A DNA stretch of 61,440 bases, filler included, from Aduncisulcus paluster (Eukaryota): the NCBI GenBank assembly GCA_024181965.1. It is 5 parts of 5 records of this genome, joined end to end, with 100 filler letters (N's around TTAATTAATTAA, not from the genome) between each part and the next. Parts side by side here need not be neighbours in the genome. Positions count along the whole stretch, not along the records: positions 56,321 to 58,867 come from BQXS01013854.1; positions 58,968 to 61,440 come from BQXS01020252.1; 3 more parts are not named here. One strand, given 5' to 3'. The notes under the pieces were generated by a model that saw only the letters and a list, made by a program, of their open reading frames with translations, ran no database searches and had not been told where the DNA came from. The position numbers were made by a program, and so were the translations under genes. The first letter of the stretch is position 1; every line of letters begins with the position of its first letter. Of this stretch, positions 57,812-61,440 are shown piece after piece.

Positions 57812-58867
57812 TTATTTCCATGGAAGCAGAGATAATCGCTCAATAATTTCACTTTCCTCTTGTCTCGTAAAAATAAGGGAGAAGATGCAAAATCTTCGGC
57901 TACTCTGTTCACCCCATGTTCTTTTTCCTTCAATCTCACACAAAACAACATTATCCAAATCAATAGGAAGGAAATGCCATTCATAGTAATGTTTAGGCTC
58001 TGAGAATTCATACTTCTTGTATGTCTTCTTGCCATAACAATCAGTAAAAGTGAAGAGAAGAGAGAGTGAACTATTAAACATATCCACACAGATATAAGCT
58101 CCTTCCATGGGACAAGGTGATGGGAAAGGGATGGAAAGATGGGATGAGGAGTCTACTCCATATTCCCCCTTTAACATTCTTTGTGCATCTAAACTATTAT
58201 CATAATACTTAGATTCCTTACTATACGAATCATCCTTGCATTTAACCATTGAGAATGAAGGTTTTACAAGCTTTGGATCATCACATTGAATGGGAATAGA
58301 ATCTCTACCTTCAGATTCTTCATCTCCTTCCTTAACAAACTCTGCTTTCACAACAGGAGCTTCAGACCAGAGTTTCTCTCTGGCTTCACGAGCCTTGATT
58401 TCTTCATGAGTTTCTTTTCGAAAGAAAACAAGGGAAGAAATACTAAAATCTTTTTCTTTCTTCCTTGAAATTTCACACAAAGCAACATCAGGGAGATGTA
58501 TAGGGATTTTATACCAGAATATATCTTTTGTATCTCTCAGAAATTTGAATCCTTTGGTTGTTGTAACACCTGTTGATGAAGTGAAAGTGAACTTGAGATA
58601 GGATGGAATTTCTTCTGGGCATTCAAGGCCATTTAGGCAAATATAAGCACCTCTTATGCGGGAAGAGGGAGAAAAAGGTATGGAAATCCGGGAAAAAGAT
58701 TCATAAGAAACAATCCCTTTAAGGAGCCTTTGTGCATGGAGACTTCCATCATATTTTAGATCAAGGGTTGCTTTGATGGATGGAAAATCTGGACTTACAA
58801 TATTTGGGACATCTCGAGGAATTGGACAACAACACAAATCACCATGAGAAAAAATGGGTAACCAATA
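57812..58867 (-). CDS. Multi-domain member of the beta-sandwich family (ends IERLSLLPWK), 5' truncated
   Basis: Two tandem domains (WYKIPIHLPDVALCEI; WHFLPIDLDNVVLCEI) and the shared C-terminal motif. Confidence 0.8.
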   Translation of the reverse strand, partial: YWLPIFSHGDLCCCPIPRDVPNIVSPDFPSIKATLDLKYDGSLHAQRLLKGIVSYESFSRISIPFSPSSRIRGAYICLNGLECPEEIPSYLKFTFTSSTGVTTTKGFKFLRDTKDIFWYKIPIHLPDVALCEISRKKEKDFSISSLVFFRKETHEEIKAREAREKLWSEAPVVKAEFVKEGDEESEGRDSIPIQCDDPKLVKPSFSMVKCKDDSYSKESKYYDNSLDAQRMLKGEYGVDSSSHLSIPFPSPCPMEGAYICVDMFNSSLSLLFTFTDCYGKKTYKKYEFSEPKHYYEWHFLPIDLDNVVLCEIEGKRTWGEQSSRRFCIFSLIFTRQEESEIIERLSLLPWK

Positions 58868-58967
58868 NNNNNNNNNNNNNNNNNNNNNNNNNNNNNNNNN
58901 NNNNNNNNNNNTTAATTAATTAANNNNNNNNNNNNNNNNNNNNNNNNNNNNNNNNNNNNNNNNNNNN
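58868..58967. other. Artificial contig linker
   Basis: N/TTAATTAATTAA/N. Confidence 0.98.
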
Positions 58968-61440
58968 CCCAAAAATGAAGAAGAATGTGCTCTTGAACAT
59001 CAAAGAGAGTTGTTTGAGCTTGGATTTGGAACAGATCCAGACGAGGAAGAAGGTGAAGAGGAGGATGAAGAAGAAGAAGACTCTGAAGAGATTTGGGATA
59101 GGCTTCCACGCTGTCCTTTACGCCAAACAGACCAAGAATTCTTTTCCCCCATCTTTGGCCCTGATTCTTGTACAATTCCTGGAGAGAAAATTATGTCAAG
59201 AGTCATTTCTTGTGTGAATGAGCCTACAAAGAGTCTTATTCGCTTCACAAGACGTTATGCTGATGGTGGATGCCGTTCTCGTGTGCGTAGAGATATTATC
59301 AGTCCCGATATGCTGTCTACCTTGATTTCATCTTCTCCTTCCTCTTCCACTCTATCCAAGTCAATATACCATTCCCTTCTTTCCACGCATGAAGCGACCA
59401 GTACTCTGACACTCCGTATTGATTTCATGTTCATTCCACCATTGGGTTATCCTACTTCCCCCTACCCTGGAATTTATGATCGTGGTGTTTCTTTATATAG
59501 AATGTTCAGGAAAGTACCCGGAAGAGAAGAGGATATCTGTGCTGATTGGACCAATGGACTCCATCTGGTCGTTGAGATATCAGCCATAGAGTGGAAGAAA
59601 AAGCAAGATAAGAAGGAAGATAAGAAGCAGGATAAGAAGGAAGGAGATATCCCTGATACGACATATACTCGTATCTCCTGTGATTTGTCTCTTGGAGGAC
59701 GTTCCCCACTCCCTGATGATAAGAATATTACCACCCATGTGCTCACGTGCATGAATGTACTATGGAGGAAGGTAGGAGAGAGGTGGATAGATTGGAATGA
59801 TAAGCAGAGTGCCAGTGAGAGTGTCAGTGAGAGTGTCAGTGATAGAAGCAAGGAGCAGGAAGGAATATCAACAAATGGAACAAACCCAATGACATATTCT
59901 ATGGATACATCTGCATCTACTCAAACAAATATCCAAGAATATATCAATATGTTGTGCTCAAGTGTTAGTTACCGTGACAAGACAGGAGAATCAACTCAAC
60001 ATATTCTTCATACAGATATCTCTGATCTATGTTCTTCTTCTTCCTCTTCTTCCTCTTCTTCCAAAGGATCCCATTGGTCTCTCTCTCTCCCACTGCTTCC
60101 AGATAGATTCCCAATGCCGAATATGTCAGTGTTGACATCTCTGCTTAACACGACCTTCTTTAAGGTAGTTTCAAGCAGTGTCGTTGCTGGAGAGAAGAGA
60201 GCAGCGGCGCAGTCTCTTGAGATACAGGCTGGAATTGAAGGAAACACATCTGATTACGCTGAACTCAAGGAACGGAAAGAAAGTGTAAATTCTCTTCTTG
60301 ATAAACTCAAACAAATATCCAAGAATATATCAATATGTTGTGCTCAAGTGTTAGTTACCGTGACAAGACAGGAGAATCAACTCAACATATTCTTCATACA
60401 GATATCTCTGATCTATGTTCTTCTTCTTCCTCTTCTTCCTCTTCTTCCAAAGGATCCCATTGGTCTCTCTCTCTCCCACTGCTTCCAGATAGATTCCCAA
60501 TGCCGAATATGTCAGTGTTGACATCTCTGCTTAACACGACCTTCTTTAAGGTAGTTTCAAGCAGTGTCGTTGCTGGAGAGAAGAGAGCAGCGGCGCAGTC
60601 TCTTGAGATACAGTCTGGAATTGAAGGAAACACATCTGATTACGCTGAACTCAAGGAACGGAAAGAAAGTGTAAATTCTCTTCTTGATAAACTCAAACAA
60701 ATGAGAAAGAAGAGAGTTGAGAATGGCACTGATGATGCTATTTTGGGCTTTGGTGATGATGAAACTAGAGGAGAAAGAGACACCATTCCACTTTATCGAG
60801 ACGAATTAAAGGAAGAGCGGCAAACAAGAAAGGATGGCTCTTTCCCTTCAAGTGGTGGGAATCGTTTGCAGAGAATGAGAGAGAAGAGAGAGAAGAGAGC
60901 TATCATGATAAAACGTTTAGATTCAGAGGAAAAGAAAGAGAAAGAGAAAGAGAAAGAGAAAGAGAAAGAAAAGCAGGAAACGAAGGAAGTTGATGAAGAT
61001 GAATCAGAAACATCAGAAACAGAGGAAGAAGAGGAAGAAGAGGAAGAGGAAGAATCATCTTCTGTTGATGCTGATATCTTCCTCTCTCTTCTCCCTTCGC
61101 CTTCTCATGAACTCATGTCCTCAGGTCTTACCATCTCTTCTTCTGACATTAAACTCAAGAACGTTGATCTTATTCAGGTCCAGTCTCTTTGGATGGAGCT
61201 TACATGCGCCACCTGTGGTTCCTTGCTCGAGAATGGCAAGTTATTCGTCTTTGTGCCATGTGTATCTGCAACGTCACAGACTCCATCGATTCTCTCGAGA
61301 TGTTCGAACTGTTGTGCATCCAGAACAGTCACATTGCATGCCTGTGTTGCACCGTTGCAGCATTCGGTGAGTGTTAAGGATGCTGGAATTCCATTGTGTT
61401 ATATAGAAAGCTCTGGAGTCAAGATTGGTCAAATAGCAAG
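58968..61440 (+). CDS. Hypothetical protein, partial at both ends, interrupted by a ~386-bp tandem duplication
   Basis: Frame open from 58968. ~59927-60315 is duplicated at ~60313-60701. Skipping one copy gives KLKQMRKKRVENG..., open to the window end, with CATC...CSNC. Confidence 0.65.

Overview
This is AT-rich, gene-dense eukaryotic nuclear DNA with the standard genetic code and a few short GT-AG introns. The gene content and style suggest an anaerobic metamonad/fornicate protist (inference). The window is five contigs joined by artificial N/TTAATTAATTAA/N linkers, plus four 20-N gaps, mostly with duplicated flanks, so neighbourhood across linkers is not biological. Recognisable genes are a kinesin with a hugely expanded motor, a TmcB-like membrane protein, CTF18, XRN2/Rat1, eIF1AD, transketolase, RPA12, eIF3i, proteasome alpha1, a Kelch protein, delta-COP, an Fe-containing alcohol dehydrogenase and three tRNAs (Leu-CAA, Phe-GAA, Arg-TCT). 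There is also a >8 kb membrane-anchored beta-repeat fibre protein, a Cys/His-rich protein, a probable P-loop-less kinesin-like gene, and several members of an expanded beta-sandwich family with hypervariable loops. The most striking unexplained signal is non-coding: dense clusters of odd palindromes (5-10 bp arms, 1-nt centre), four times in the form X-n-revcomp(X)-n-X with a 6-bp X. Comparing two copies of a dispersed repeat shows that some of these are insertions, resembling hairpin-mediated excision or repair footprints.
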